Positions 1 to 11,339 of a stretch of 64,000 nt of DNA are shown piece by piece. The stretch spans positions 3,126,834-3,190,833 of the forward strand of contig NC_057759.1 in the NCBI RefSeq assembly GCF_004010195.1, in the 5' to 3' direction. The translations under genes were made by a program, and so were the position numbers. How positions within the stretch are numbered: position 1 is the stretch's first letter; the number at the start of each line of letters is the position of its first letter. This DNA is from Chiloscyllium plagiosum. Lineage: Eukaryota. The notes under the pieces were generated by a model. That model saw nothing but the letters and a program-made list of their open reading frames with translations. It did not search any database and was not told where the DNA came from.

Positions 1-312
1 GTGTGTGTGTTCTCAGTGACAGTGCACTGTTTCAGCAGTTCCTAGTGTGCGTGTTCTCAGTGACAGTGCACTGTTTCAGCAGTTCCTAGTGTGCGTGTTC
101 TCAGTGACAGTGCACTGTTTCAGCAGTTCCTAGTGTGCGTGTTCTCAGTGACAGTGCACTGTTTCAGCAGTTCCTAGTGTGCGTGTTCTCAGTGACAGTG
201 CACTGTTTCAGCAGTTCCTAGTGTGCGTGTTCTCAGTGACAGTGCACTGTTTCAGCAGTTCCGAGTTGTGTGAGTGTGTTCTCAGTAACAGTGCACTATT
301 TCAGCAGTTCCG
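1..312. repeat. 44-bp tandem minisatellite (about 7 copies, runs off the window start)
   Basis: Unit GTGTGCGTGTTCTCAGTGACAGTGCACTGTTTCAGCAGTTCCTA starts at 1, 45, 89, 133, 177 and 221, with a degenerate copy near 268. Each full unit contains the 12-bp palindrome ACAGTGCACTGT. Confidence 0.95.
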
Positions 313-327
313 AGATATGTGTGTGTG

Positions 328-880
328 TGTTGCAGTTGTATAAGACTCTGGTGCGGCCGCATCTGGAATATTGTGTGCAGTTTTGGTCGCCATACTATCG
401 GAAGGATGTGGAGGCACTGGAACGGGTGCAGAGGAGGTTTACCAGGATGTTGCCTGGTATGGAAGGAAGATCGTATGAGGAAAGACTGAGGCACTTGGGG
501 CTGTTTTCATTAGAGAAAAGAAGGTTTAGGGGTGACTTGATTGAGGTGTACAAGATGATTAGGGGGTTAGATAGGGTTGACAGTGTGACTTTTTTCCCGC
601 GTATGGAGTCGGGTATTACAAGGGGGCATAGCTTTAAAATCAGGGGGGGTAGATATAGGACTGAAGTTAGGGGTAGGTTCTTCACTCAGCGAGTCGTAAG
701 TTCATGGAATGCCCTGCCAGCAGGAGTGGTGGACTCTCCCTCTTTATGGGCATTTAAGCGGGCATTGGATAGGTATATGGAGGATAGTGGGTTAGTATAG
801 GTTAGGTGGGCTTGGATCGGCGCAACATCGAGGGCCAAAGGGCCTGTACTGCGCTGTATTCTTCTTCTATGTTCTTCTAT
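328..880 (+). mobile_element. CR1 LINE 3' end (ORF2 C-terminus and 3' UTR), 5'-truncated
   Basis: Translation LYKTLVRPHLEYCVQFWSP...LERVQRRFTRMLPG...RGDLIEVYK...FFTQRVV..WNALP, followed by the CR1 tail GGGCCAAAGGGCCTGTACTGCGCTGT and a short TTCTATG-type terminal repeat. Confidence 0.95.
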
Positions 881-1625
881 GAATAGGTTTTGCTAATATA
901 GCAGATGCAACAGCGCGAATATTATTTTGTTGCGGTTGTTCCTGGACTACAGAATTAGCGAAAGCAGTAAAATTATTGTGACTACTACATTCAGTAAAAC
1001 GGGCATATTTAGAGCGGGTAAGCACTGGCTGAAGTAGGGCCCAAAGGTCATTGGCATTACTATCATAAGTTTTAATTGTGGTGTTTAAAAAGTCAACGAA
1101 CTGCTGATGAGTCTTGTGGCGGTCTGGTGCGTTACTGAGGATGGACATACTTTTGTGGGGCTTCCGTGGGCAATAAAAACAGATAGTGGCGTTAGGGGCA
1201 GCAGCTTGTATGTTCGGTAGTTGCAGGCGAGGGAGCGGTCCGAATGTGGGGGCTTCGCTTTCCACATTATAAGAACAAGAATTTAAAGTGGTTTATAATT
1301 GCTGCATGAGTTGTTTATTAGAAGATCTGTACTGTTTCAATCTTTGCTGACTGCAAGTGTTGAAAGCAACAGCGTCAGTGAACTGGGGAGGGGATGGGGA
1401 AACGGGAGTTTGATTAGTGACTTCTCATTTTGTTTGTTTTGGCGAGATTTTGTTCGATCATATTCATGGTTTAGGACGCCAATAGAGTTCATAGCTCAAT
1501 CAGCAGTTAGTTAAATTCCCAATTTAGTGGCATTATTCTGCTATGAACACAAAACAGACTCTTTCTGAGTTTTATCGCAATATTGTCTCCACAGTCTAAT
1601 TAGTTCCTTTGTCTTGGAATTCTTG

Positions 1626-2099
1626 AAAAGCACAGCATTTCAACTCCCCCTCCCACTCCACCGAGGATATGCAGGTCATTGGACTCATCCACCGCCAAAC
1701 CACAACAACGCGACGGTCGGAGGAGGAGCGTCTTATCTTCCAACTGGGAACCCTCCAACCACAGGGGATGAACTTGGACTTCACCAGTTTCTTCATCCCC
1801 CCTCCCCCCACCTTGTCTCAGCCGAATCCCTCCAGCCCGGCACCGCCTTCCTGACCTGCAGTCTTCTTCTTGACCTCTCCGCCTCCATCCTACTCCGACC
1901 TATCACCCTCACCTTGACCTCTTTCCACCTATCACATTTCCAACGCCCCTCCTCCAAGTCCCTCCTCCCTACCTTTTATCTTCTCCTGCTGAACACTCTC
2001 TGCTCATTCCTGAAGAAGGGCCTGTGCCCGAAATGTCGAATCTCCTGTTCCCTGGATGCTGCCTGACCTGCTGTGCTGTTCCAGCAATAAAGTTTCAAC
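1626..2099 (+). mobile_element. Penelope-like element 3' fragment inserted in ERV gag
   Basis: Encodes HFNSPSHS..DMQVIGL...RRSEEERLIFQLGTLQPQGMN (end of the GIY-YIG domain) and the pLTR tail. Flanked by the 8-bp TSD AATTCTTG at 1618-1625 and 2100-2107. Confidence 0.9.
2006..2041 (+). ncRNA. Minimal hammerhead ribozyme motif in Penelope pLTR
   Basis: ATTC-CTGAAGA-A-GGGC(CTGT)GCCC-GAAA-TG-TC-GAAT: CUGANGA core, stem II, GAAA, and stem I ATTC/GAAT. The helix III CG has decayed to TG. Confidence 0.75.
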
Positions 2100-2604
2100 A
2101 ATTCTTGTTCCTTTGCCAAATCATTTGCTGGGCTGACTTGATCAATTGAATACTTTTAGGTCCACTAAGTGGCCACTGCTCATCACCCAATGCTTTATTT
2201 AGGGAGGCAGAAAATTTTCGAAAGGCTTTCGATTTTTCCAGCAACTTCCCACATATTTTTACTAACGATGAAAACAGGTCTGCCATCTCATCTATGTGAT
2301 TACCCATATTTAAACAAAATTCCTTATCTCACAATACAACTTCAGTGCCAATTTAAATAATGCCAATCCAACCGAATCAGAGTTTCTCAGCTCTGGGAGG
2401 TTCACGACTCTCTCTCTCTCTCTTTGTCTTCAGATCCGTTTCTCAAGTCTGCAATTAGATGTCACTCTCCCCCTTTTCTAATATAGAGTTCTCTTAACCC
2501 TTCCCTTGACAAGACCAATCCTTTCGGGATGGAATAGAAAATAGACAGTGAGCGGTCAGGTGAGACACAAATTGAATGAGGAGGAAAACAAAACATATAT
2601 AAAA

Positions 2605-2614
2605 TACTCACATC
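2605..2614 (-). promoter_or_regulatory. Candidate retroviral major splice donor in ERV leader
   Basis: Minus strand reads GAT|GTGAGTA, between the PBS and the gag ATG. Confidence 0.45.
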
Positions 2615-2698
2615 TGGCCGTCTATATTCCTCAACCCTCAACAGTGAAAGACTCAAGTCTTTTACACCGCTGTCTACAATCTGTCCATGCCGAACAAA

Positions 2699-2712
2699 GA
2701 GTCCCGGAACCA
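2699..2712 (-). promoter_or_regulatory. Primer binding site, tRNA-His-like
   Basis: Minus strand TGGTTCCGGGACTC starts 2 nt after the LTR terminal CA. It matches 12 of the first 14 nt of the tRNA-His PBS TGGTGCCGTGACTC(GGAT); the last 4 nt do not match. Confidence 0.65.
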
Positions 2713-2714
2713 AA

Positions 2715-3392
2715 TGAAGATCTAGACCCCTTTTGCAGGGCCTCTCGGTTTACGATCGGTCAAAAGAATCACGGTCTGTTTAAAGTACGGTCTGTTTAAA
2801 GTAAGGTTACCAGTTTAATAAATTAAGGCAGCCTGGCGCAGATTTTTTACAGAAACACGGAGGTTAAAAGTTTCTCTGTTTCGTGGAAAAATGGCGCAAT
2901 TATATTCGAAAATTATGTTTTATTTAAGAGACTGTACAGCCTTAATTACAAGAAAAGACCAGTCACATATAATAAGGTGACATGATTTGCAGCAGGTTAA
3001 TCCAATGATATTTCCTGGGAAAGGGTTCTTAATTACAAGAAAAGTCCGATCAATTGTAATATGGTGACATGATTGACAACAGGCTAATCCAATGATATTC
3101 CCTGGGAAAGGGTTCTTACTTTACGTAGATCAACATCTCATGCCGGCAGTTTAAGGTTAGTTGGAATACCAAATCGCTACTTTATGATTCATAATATGAT
3201 AAATCCGTTGTTCTCTCTTATCTCTAAATACAACCAACTTAGCAAAGCATCAGTTCAGGTTCACAGAGTCAAATCGTTACTTGCAGCCCTTTTGTTGCGT
3301 TATTTAAAATTGAAAAGCCATTTGTGGTGAATAAAAATCTACATATACTTGTTGATTCTGACAACAGCCTAAATTCAAATTTTAGATCCTCA
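2715..3392 (-). mobile_element. ERV 5' LTR (~678 bp)
   Basis: TG...CA ends with an imperfect terminal inverted repeat (TGAAGATCTAGA at 2715; TTTAGATCCTCA ending 3392, 10/12). Two ~87-bp direct repeats at ~2942-3028 and ~3029-3118 (U3 enhancer-like). TATA-like TAAATAAA near 2918-2925 and ATTAAA near 2814-2819 on the minus strand. Confidence 0.75.
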
Positions 3393-4060
3393 AGTGCATT
3401 CACCGTAACCATGCCTCTCATGATCTTATACTTTTCGATAGCATCCTTCCTCAGTCTCCTAAGCTTGCAAGGGAAAAAGGCCTCATTTGTCCAACCTCTC
3501 CCTCTAACTCAGTTCATTGAGTCATGGCAAGATTCTTGTAAATTTCTTCTGCACTCTTTCCAGTTTAACAACATCCTTCCTATCGTAAGGTGATCAAAAC
3601 TAAACACAGTGCTCCAAGAGCAGCCTCACCAACGTCCTGTACAACTGCAATGTAACTTTGCAGCTTCTATACTCAATGCCCTGATCGAGGAAGTCCAGTG
3701 ATTCAAAAGCGTTCTTTACTGCCCTGTCTACCAGTCTCTCCATTTTCATTGAACCGTGGACCTGAATTCCAAGGTCCCTCTGAACCACTAAACTTCTTCT
3801 GGCTCTACAGATCACCTTGGAACTCCTAACTTGATTTGATTATCCAAAATGCAAGATCTCAAACTTAATCTATATTAAACTTCATTTGCCATTTCTCAGA
3901 CCATTATCCCAAGGTGGGATCAAAGTCCTACTACAATTTCTGATAAACTTTCCCACTGTAAACAACACCTCCTATTTTAGTGTCACCTGCAAAATTACTC
4001 ATCATGCCTTGTGCATTCTCTTCTAATGATATGGATAACAAACAGAGATCCAGAAATACT
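3393..4060 (-). mobile_element. Old CR1 LINE ORF2 fragment
   Basis: Minus translation QRDLGIQVHGSMK...LQLYRTLVRLLLEHCV. Confidence 0.85.
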
Positions 4061-4939
4061 AAGAAGTCTTTCTCGCTCATCTATCCCAGTAGTTTGCATT
4101 ACATATCACAAGCCTCCATTTTCTGTACATCTGGAATACAACCCTGGGTCTGTGTCACACCACTCCCTCACCATTGATTCCTTGCTGCACAGCTACCATT
4201 CTGGTGTATCTATGCTGCACTCAAATTCACACGGACTCCACAAGTCTATATTCTTTCTTGTCTTTCTATGTTTAAGTAGTGAATATCACTGCTGTGCTAA
4301 CATGAAATGGCTGCCGTGAACAGACGTAAAATAGCTAAATTGCAGATAGCTAGCTTTGCAGATTAAAATACAATTTACACTTTGTGCATTATCACTTCTC
4401 AGCCTTCTACAGATGAAACATGGTGTGATATGAACCGAATTTGTTTGGTTGTCAGACTGAGGAGTGACAATATAAACTAAATGTTACACTTTAAACAGCG
4501 TCAAGAAACAGCGAACGCATCAGTCTGGTGCATGTGTATTTTTTTGGCATCGCTGCATTGTAGGAATATCAGCAGAAGCAGAATACTGAGAACTCTATCA
4601 GAAAAGATGAGCACTTTTCAATTCATTAAGTTGCAAATTCCACAATCTGTTTGAAGCAAACGCCCTGAGATAATTAAATGTGACTGACCAACTTCTGAAA
4701 CTACAAGAAGGCAGCGCGATCGGAATATACAAAATCAAACTTCTCAGTTCAGCTACTGAATTCTAGCAATAAGGCCTTGTGTGGACAAAAGTATCAGAGT
4801 TCTTAGTGAGAGTCAGGCTCGTTCATTCATGGAAACAGAATTTACCACACACCACACAGACATACAATGGCTTCTAACAGTCCGCTGTTTAAAATAAAAA
4901 TAAAACATTGGCTCTGCAAATAAACAAAGTCCTTGGACC

Positions 4940-6060
4940 AATAGGTCTATGTGAGGAATTGAGTGCGACAATGGGTCAGAGTGAGGGATTGAGTGGGAGG
5001 AAGTGAGTGCAACAATGAGAGATAGAGTGTTACAGTGAGAGAGTGAGAGTGACAGTGGGGAATGAACCTGACAGTGGAGAAGGAGTAAGCCAGCGTAGGA
5101 AAACATGTGACAGTGGGGGAGTGAGAACATCAGTGAGGGAGTGAGTGTGACAGTAAGGGTGTGAGAATAGTTGTGAAGGAGTGGCAGTGGGTGAAAGAGA
5201 GTGAGGCTGAGTGACAAATGGTGAGAGTAAGAGAGATGGATGTCTAGTTGGAGTGAGGTAGTGACAGTGACTGAACGAGTGAGAGCGAGAGTCAGGGAGT
5301 GAGTGTGCGTGTGATGGATTGAGAATGTGGGATAAGACTGAGAGTGAAAAAATGTGTGAGGGAGTAAGCGTGAGAGCATGCGAGTGAGAAAGTGGAAGGA
5401 AGTGTGTCTATGAGGGAGTGAGTATGACTGTGAGCGAGTGTGTGCTACCATAATAGAGTATGTGCGTGAGGGAATGAGTAAGATGACTGTAAAGGAATGA
5501 GAGAGAGTGTGATGCAATGAGACAGAATGTGATGAGTAAAAGAGAGTGTGATGGACTGAGGGAGAACGACGGTTAGGGAGTGAGATTCACGGCGAGGGAG
5601 TTGCAGAGACAGGAAATGAGTGACAGTGTCAGTGCCGGACTGAAAGTGACAGTGAAGAAGTGTGAGGGAATAAGATTGTGAGGGAGCGAGAGTGAGATGA
5701 TAAGAGTGACAGAGTGAGTACAACTTTGAGGAACTGAGTGCGACTCTGAGGTAGTGAATGTGACTGTGAGAAAGTGAAAGAGTTTTACACAGTGAGAGTG
5801 AGTGTGATGGAGTGAGAGTGACGGTCAGGCAGTGAGAGTGGTAGTGAGCGAGTAAGATTGGAAATGAAGGAGAGTGAGGTAGTGAGCGTCAGGAGGTGGG
5901 GTGACTGTGAAGGTGTGAGAGTGACATTGAGGAAAAGAGAGTGTGAGAGAAAAAGGGAGGGATTGACAGTGAGGTTGTGATAGTGAGAATGAGGGTATGA
6001 GAATGAGAGAGTGACCGTGAGATTGTAGAAATTACAGTGAGTGTGATAAGAAAACTTTGA
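4940..6060. repeat. Degenerate GA/GT-rich low-complexity tract (GTGA/GAGT motifs)
   Basis: About 1.1 kb of purine-rich GTGAGA/GAGTGA/GTGACA words, with spurious His/Ser/Thr/Leu ORFs on the minus strand. Confidence 0.85.
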
Positions 6061-6254
6061 TGCAGAGTACATGGGGACACTTGAATTTTGAAATATTAAA
6101 CAAATTCCATCAAACGCTATTACATGATTTTCTTATAACACGGGATTGCATGAAATCTGAACTATTGTGTTATAGCAGAACCGACAGTTTGCATAAATGA
6201 GACTTTTTGTCATATTGGCAGGATATGCCAAATGGGTTCGAACAGAGCTCAAGC

Positions 6255-7406
6255 TGTGCCCTCAAATTATTACAACTTAACTGGGACTGCCATAGTGTTA
6301 AAGGTTTAGATGGAGAGGAATTTCTAATGTGTGTACAAAACAATTTTCTGATTCACTATGTGGATGTACCTACTAGAGAAGGTGCAAAACTTGACCTAGT
6401 CTTGGGAATAAGACAGGGCAGGTGACTGAGGTGTCAGTGGGGGAGCACTTTGGGGCCACCGACCATAAAATTCTATCTGTTCTAAAATAGTGATGGAAAA
6501 GGATAGGCCAGATCTAAAAGTTGAAGTTCTAAATTGAAGAAAGGCCAATTTTGACGGTATTAGAAAAAAAACTTTTGAAAGTTGATTGGAGGCAGATGTT
6601 CGCAGGTAAAGGGCCGGCTGAAAAATGGGAAGCCTTCAAAAATGAGATAACAAGAATCCAGAGAAAGTATATTCCTGTCAGGGTGTAAGGGAAAGCTGGT
6701 AAGTATAGGGAATGCTGGATGACTAAAGAAGTGTAGGGTTTAGTTAAGAAAAAGAAGGAAGCATATGGCAGGTATAGACAGGATAGATTGAGTGAATCCT
6801 TAGAGTATAAAGAAAGTAGGAGTATACTTAAGAGGGAAATCAGAAGGGCAAAACGGGGACATGAGATAGCTTTGGCAAATAGAATTAAGGAGAATCCAGA
6901 GGGTTTTTACAAATATATTAAGGACAAAAAGGTAACTAGGGAGAGAATATGACTCTTCAATATTCAGCAAGACGGCCTTTGTGTGGAGCCACACAAAATG
7001 GGGGAGATACTAAATGAATATTTTGCATCATTCTTTGCTGTGGAAAAGGATATGGAAGATATAGACTGTAGGAAAATATATGGTGACATCTTTCAAAATG
7101 TCCAGATCACAGAGGAGGAAGTGCTGAATGCCTTGAAACGGTAAAAAGTGGATAAATCCCCAGGACCTGATCAGGTGTACTGGAGAACTCTGTGGGAAGC
7201 TAGAGAAGTGATTGCTGGGCCTCTTGCTGAGATATTTGTATCATCGATAGTCACAGGTGAGGTGCGGAAGACTGGAGGTTGGCAAACGTGGTGCCATTGT
7301 TTAAGAAGGGTGGTAAAGACAAGCCAGGGAACTATAGAGCAGTGAGCCTGACCTCGTTGTTGGGCAAGCTGTTGGAAGGATTTCTGAGGGACAGGATGCA
7401 CATGTA
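6255..7406 (+). mobile_element. CR1 LINE ORF2 fragment (endonuclease end to RT start), left part
   Basis: PTREGAKLDLVLG, DKSPGPD, ANVVPLFKKG..DKPGNYRAVSLTS. Breaks at CATGTA (7401-7406) and resumes at 11472. Confidence 0.92.
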
Positions 7407-8893
7407 CATCCTCAGGAGAATTCATACTCTCAACAAACAGTATTTCAACTCCATCTCAAACATCAAAAACTGTAAGTACAACAAAGTTTTATCAACCCAC
7501 CTCCCTAACCAGCGCTCCTCAAACATTCCAGTAGATTCCCCCGGCCTCTGGAACTGTTCGGACGTCATTAGCCATGCGCTGGTGCAGCCACCATCCCCAC
7601 GCAGATTGATGCTGTCACTTCTGCCCCAATCATGGCCGCTTCCACAGCCACTTCCGCCCCTCACAATTCCTCATGCACCACCCGTGACATCACTTCCGCC
7701 CCTCACATCATCGCTGATGTCACACGCTCAGTGACTTCCGCCCCCCCACTGCCATGTTTGCCACCACTTCCACCAACACCACACACCTGCATTCTGCTGA
7801 CACCCCCCCCACCCCACAGATCCCACTGCCACCATCCCCGCCTGCCAGAACCCTGAGGGGAAGAACACCCCTGCTCATAACTCCACCCCAATTCCCCCCA
7901 CCACCACATCCACTCTAGTTATTGGCTCCGCCCCCAGTCCCAGCTCCACACCCACACCAGATCTCAGCTCCCAGCCCTGCTGAGTTTTCACCATTCCCCC
8001 TGACCTCCCCATCATTGAGGACGAATGATCACTCCTCAGCAAAGGCCTCACCTTTATCCCCCTCCGCCCACGCATCAATGAATTTAATACATGCCGTGAC
8101 GTCGAACACTTCATCCGCCGCCTCTGCCTCCGAGCTTACTTTCACAATCAGAACTCCTTCCCACCTTCCAAGAACCCCTTCGCCCACCTCCAACACACTG
8201 CATCCACCTGGACACCGCGTGCTGGCCTATTACCCGCCCTCGACCTCTTCATTTCCAACTGCTGCCGGGACATTAACTGTCTCAACCTGTCTACCTCCCT
8301 CCCCCACTCCAAACTCTCACCCTCACAACGTGCAGCCCTCCAATCCCTCTGCACCAATCCCGACCTCACCATCAAGCCAGCAGATAAAGGGGGTGCAGTG
8401 GTAGTCTGGCGCACTGTCCACTACACCAATGAAGACAAACTCCAACACGAGGACACCTCTTCCTGCCACCCCCATCACCAAACCATCATCTCCCAGACCA
8501 TACAAAACCTCATCACCTCAGGAGATCTCCCACCCACAACTTCCAACCTCATAGTTCAGGAACCCCACACTGCCCGGTTCTACCTCCTTCCCAAGATCCA
8601 CAAGCCTGACCACCCTGGCCGACCCATTGTCTCAACATGCTCCTGCCTCACTGAACTCATTTTTACCTACCTCGACACTGTCCTATCCCCCCAGTCCAGG
8701 TATCCCCCACATACGTTCGAGACACCACCCACGCCCTACACCTCCTCCAAGACTTCTGTTTCCCCGATCGCCAATGCCTCATCTTCACCATGGATATCCA
8801 GATCCTCTACACCTCCATCCGCCATGACTAGGGCCTCCAAGCCCTCCGTTTCTTCCTCTCCCGACGTCCTCAGCAGTACCCTTCCACCGACAC

Positions 8894-9420
8894 NNNNNNN
8901 NNNNNNNNNNNNNNNNNNNNNNNNNNNNNNNNNNNNNNNNNNNNNNNNNNNNNNNNNNNNNNNNNNNNNNNNNNNNNNNNNNNNNNNNNNNNNNNNNNNN
9001 NNNNNNNNNNNNNNNNNNNNNNNNNNNNNNNNNNNNNNNNNNNNNNNNNNNNNNNNNNNNNNNNNNNNNNNNNNNNNNNNNNNNNNNNNNNNNNNNNNNN
9101 NNNNNNNNNNNNNNNNNNNNNNNNNNNNNNNNNNNNNNNNNNNNNNNNNNNNNNNNNNNNNNNNNNNNNNNNNNNNNNNNNNNNNNNNNNNNNNNNNNNN
9201 NNNNNNNNNNNNNNNNNNNNNNNNNNNNNNNNNNNNNNNNNNNNNNNNNNNNNNNNNNNNNNNNNNNNNNNNNNNNNNNNNNNNNNNNNNNNNNNNNNNN
9301 NNNNNNNNNNNNNNNNNNNNNNNNNNNNNNNNNNNNNNNNNNNNNNNNNNNNNNNNNNNNNNNNNNNNNNNNNNNNNNNNNNNNNNNNNNNNNNNNNNNN
9401 NNNNNNNNNNNNNNNNNNNN
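8894..9420. other. Assembly gap (527 N)
   Basis: Run of N. Confidence 1.
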
Positions 9421-9592
9421 GGTACAATTACAGCATTTAAGAGGCATCTGGATGGGTATATGAATAGGAAGGGTTTGGAGGGATATGGGCCGGGTGCTGG
9501 CAGGTGGGACTAGATTGGCTTGGGATATCTGGGTCGGCATGGACGGGTCGGGCCGAAGGGCCTGTTTCCCTGCTGGACATCTCTATGACTCT
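9421..9592 (+). mobile_element. CR1 LINE 3' tail
   Basis: FKRHLDGYMNRKGLEGYG, then GGGCCGAAGGGCCTGTTTCC...CTCTATGACTCT. Confidence 0.9.
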
Positions 9593-10197
9593 GTGCAGCT
9601 AATAGACATTATGGCCACATTTAGAGACATGAAAGCTCCACGCTTGGTCATCTCTCGGCTTAAGTGTTGAATCCGGCCGTGAGTAGGGTTTTGTTTGTAT
9701 CCCAGTGAGAATCATCGCCGCGTTCCTTCGGAGAAATCCTCAGAGCCTCTGACCCTGTGTCACGGTCAGTGACTGGCACTGATCGGAGTTGCGGGAGGGG
9801 TGTGGGGGGGGTGCGTCAGCCAGAGTTATGAGCAGTCTCGATTCCATCCCACAGTGAGCGACGGGCATGCAGGAGATTTCGAGCGAGCTGTAGCTGGGTG
9901 GCCGCGTGACGTCGCCTCGGGGGGGTGGGGATTATACCCCCCAGGACTTGGCGCAAGTTTCGATCTGAGGAGACGACAAAAGAGCGTGCCCACTCTGGGG
10001 ATTTCCGTCTCGCTTGTACGTGGCAGGCTCCGAGTGGAAAGGGCTGAGGTGCCAACACATGTCTCTGCCCCTTCATACTATCCCCGAACTGTGCGCAAAC
10101 AGGCCATTTGGCCCTTCTACCCCCACCCTCCAAAGGGCATCTTACACCTCTATGCTATCCCTGTAACCCAGCAATTCCCATGGCTAACTCATCCTCA

Positions 10198-10450
10198 CCT
10201 GAACACTGTGGGACAGTTTAGCACGGTCAATCCACCCTAACCTACATATCCCTGAACACTATGGGACAATTTAGCACGGTCAATCCACCCTGACCTACAC
10301 ATCCCTGAACACTATGGGACAATTTAGCACGGCCAATCCACCCTGACCTACACATCCCTGAACACTATGGGACAATTTAGCACGGCCAAACCACCCTAAA
10401 CTACACATTCCTGAACACTATGGGACAATTTAGCAAGGCCAATCCACCCT
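10198..10450 (-). repeat. 53-bp tandem repeat (~5 copies) derived from an HE1/V-SINE body segment
   Basis: CCTGAACACTATGGGACAATTTAGCACGGCCAATCCACCCTGACCTACACATC starts at 10198, 10251, 10304, 10357 and 10410. The unit resembles SINE sequence at 57200-57250. Confidence 0.9.
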
Positions 10451-11339
10451 ATGCCCTCCAACACATCTCGTTCACATCCCGCACCACCGCCCTCAGACCT
10501 CACCCCTCCAACCGTAACAAGGACAGAACGCCCCCGGTGCTCACCTTCCTCCCTACCAACCTTCGCATAAACCAAATCACCCACCACCATTTCTGCCACC
10601 TCCCAACAGACCCCACCACCAGGAACATATTTCCACCAAGTACCGCTCCCTCCGTGACCAACTGGTCAGGTCCACGCACCCCTATAACCCACCCTCCCAT
10701 TCTGGCACCTTCCCCTGCCACCGCAGCGATTGCAAAACCTGCGCCCACACCTCCTCCCTCACCTCCATCCAACGCCCTAAAGCAGCCTTTCACATCCATC
10801 AACGTTTTACCTGCACATCCACCAATATCATTCATTGTATACGTTGCTCCCGATGCGGTCTCCTCTACATTGGAGAGACTGGACGCCTCCGAGCAGAGCG
10901 CTTTAGGGAACATCTCTGGGACACCTACACCAATAAACCACACCACCCTGTGGCTCAACATTTGAACTCCCCCTCCCACTCTGCCGAGGACATGGAGGTC
11001 CTGGGCCTCCTTCACCGCTGCTACCTCACCACTAGACGCCTGCAGAAAGAACGCCCCATCTTCTGCCTCGGAACACTTCAACCCCAGGGCATCAATGTGG
11101 ACTTCAACAGTTTCCTTATTTCCCCTTCCGCCACCTCACCCCAGTTCCAAACTTCCAGCTCAGCACGGTCCCCATGACTTGTCCTACCTGTCTATCTTCT
11201 TTTCCACCTATCCACTCCCCCCTCCCCCAACCTATCAACTTCATCCGCTCCCCCACTCACCTATTGTACTCTATGCTACTTTCTCCCCACCCCCACAATC
11301 CTCTCACTTATCTCTCCAACCTTCAGGCTCTCTGCCTGT

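Larger units (their letters stand above)
881..2307 (-). pseudogene. gag: Endogenous retrovirus gag (matrix to capsid N-terminal part), gamma/epsilon-type, interrupted and decayed
   Basis: ATG at 2307 gives MGNH (Met-Gly myristoylation-type start) and QWPLSG (matrix WPxxG-like). Removing the insertion 1626-2107 restores the frame (WQRNKNSKTKELIRLWRQYC). The downstream APDRHKTHQQFVDFLNTTIKTYDSNANDLWALLQPVLT resembles the capsid N-terminal helices. Several in-frame stops lie in 1300-1545. The position directly follows a PBS and LTR. Confidence 0.75.

Noticed and set aside
1..312. CRISPR array
   Set aside because: Units are head-to-tail with no unique spacers, there are no cas genes, and the context is eukaryotic.
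270..800. 176-aa ORF as a host gene
   Set aside because: It is the CR1 ORF2 C-terminus read through from a minisatellite.
4813..6080. His/Ser/Thr/Leu-rich ORFs on the minus strand
   Set aside because: They come from a low-complexity GA/GT tract; the same applies to Cys/Val- and His/Thr-rich ORFs at 32738-33650 and 48121-48750.
6100..6190. Possible Tigger/pogo-type terminal inverted repeat
   Set aside because: Only one end-like sequence is visible, with no matching partner or TA duplication that I could confirm.
8398..9540. Long ORFs of 371, 251 and 185 aa
   Set aside because: They are artefacts of translating through the N gap.
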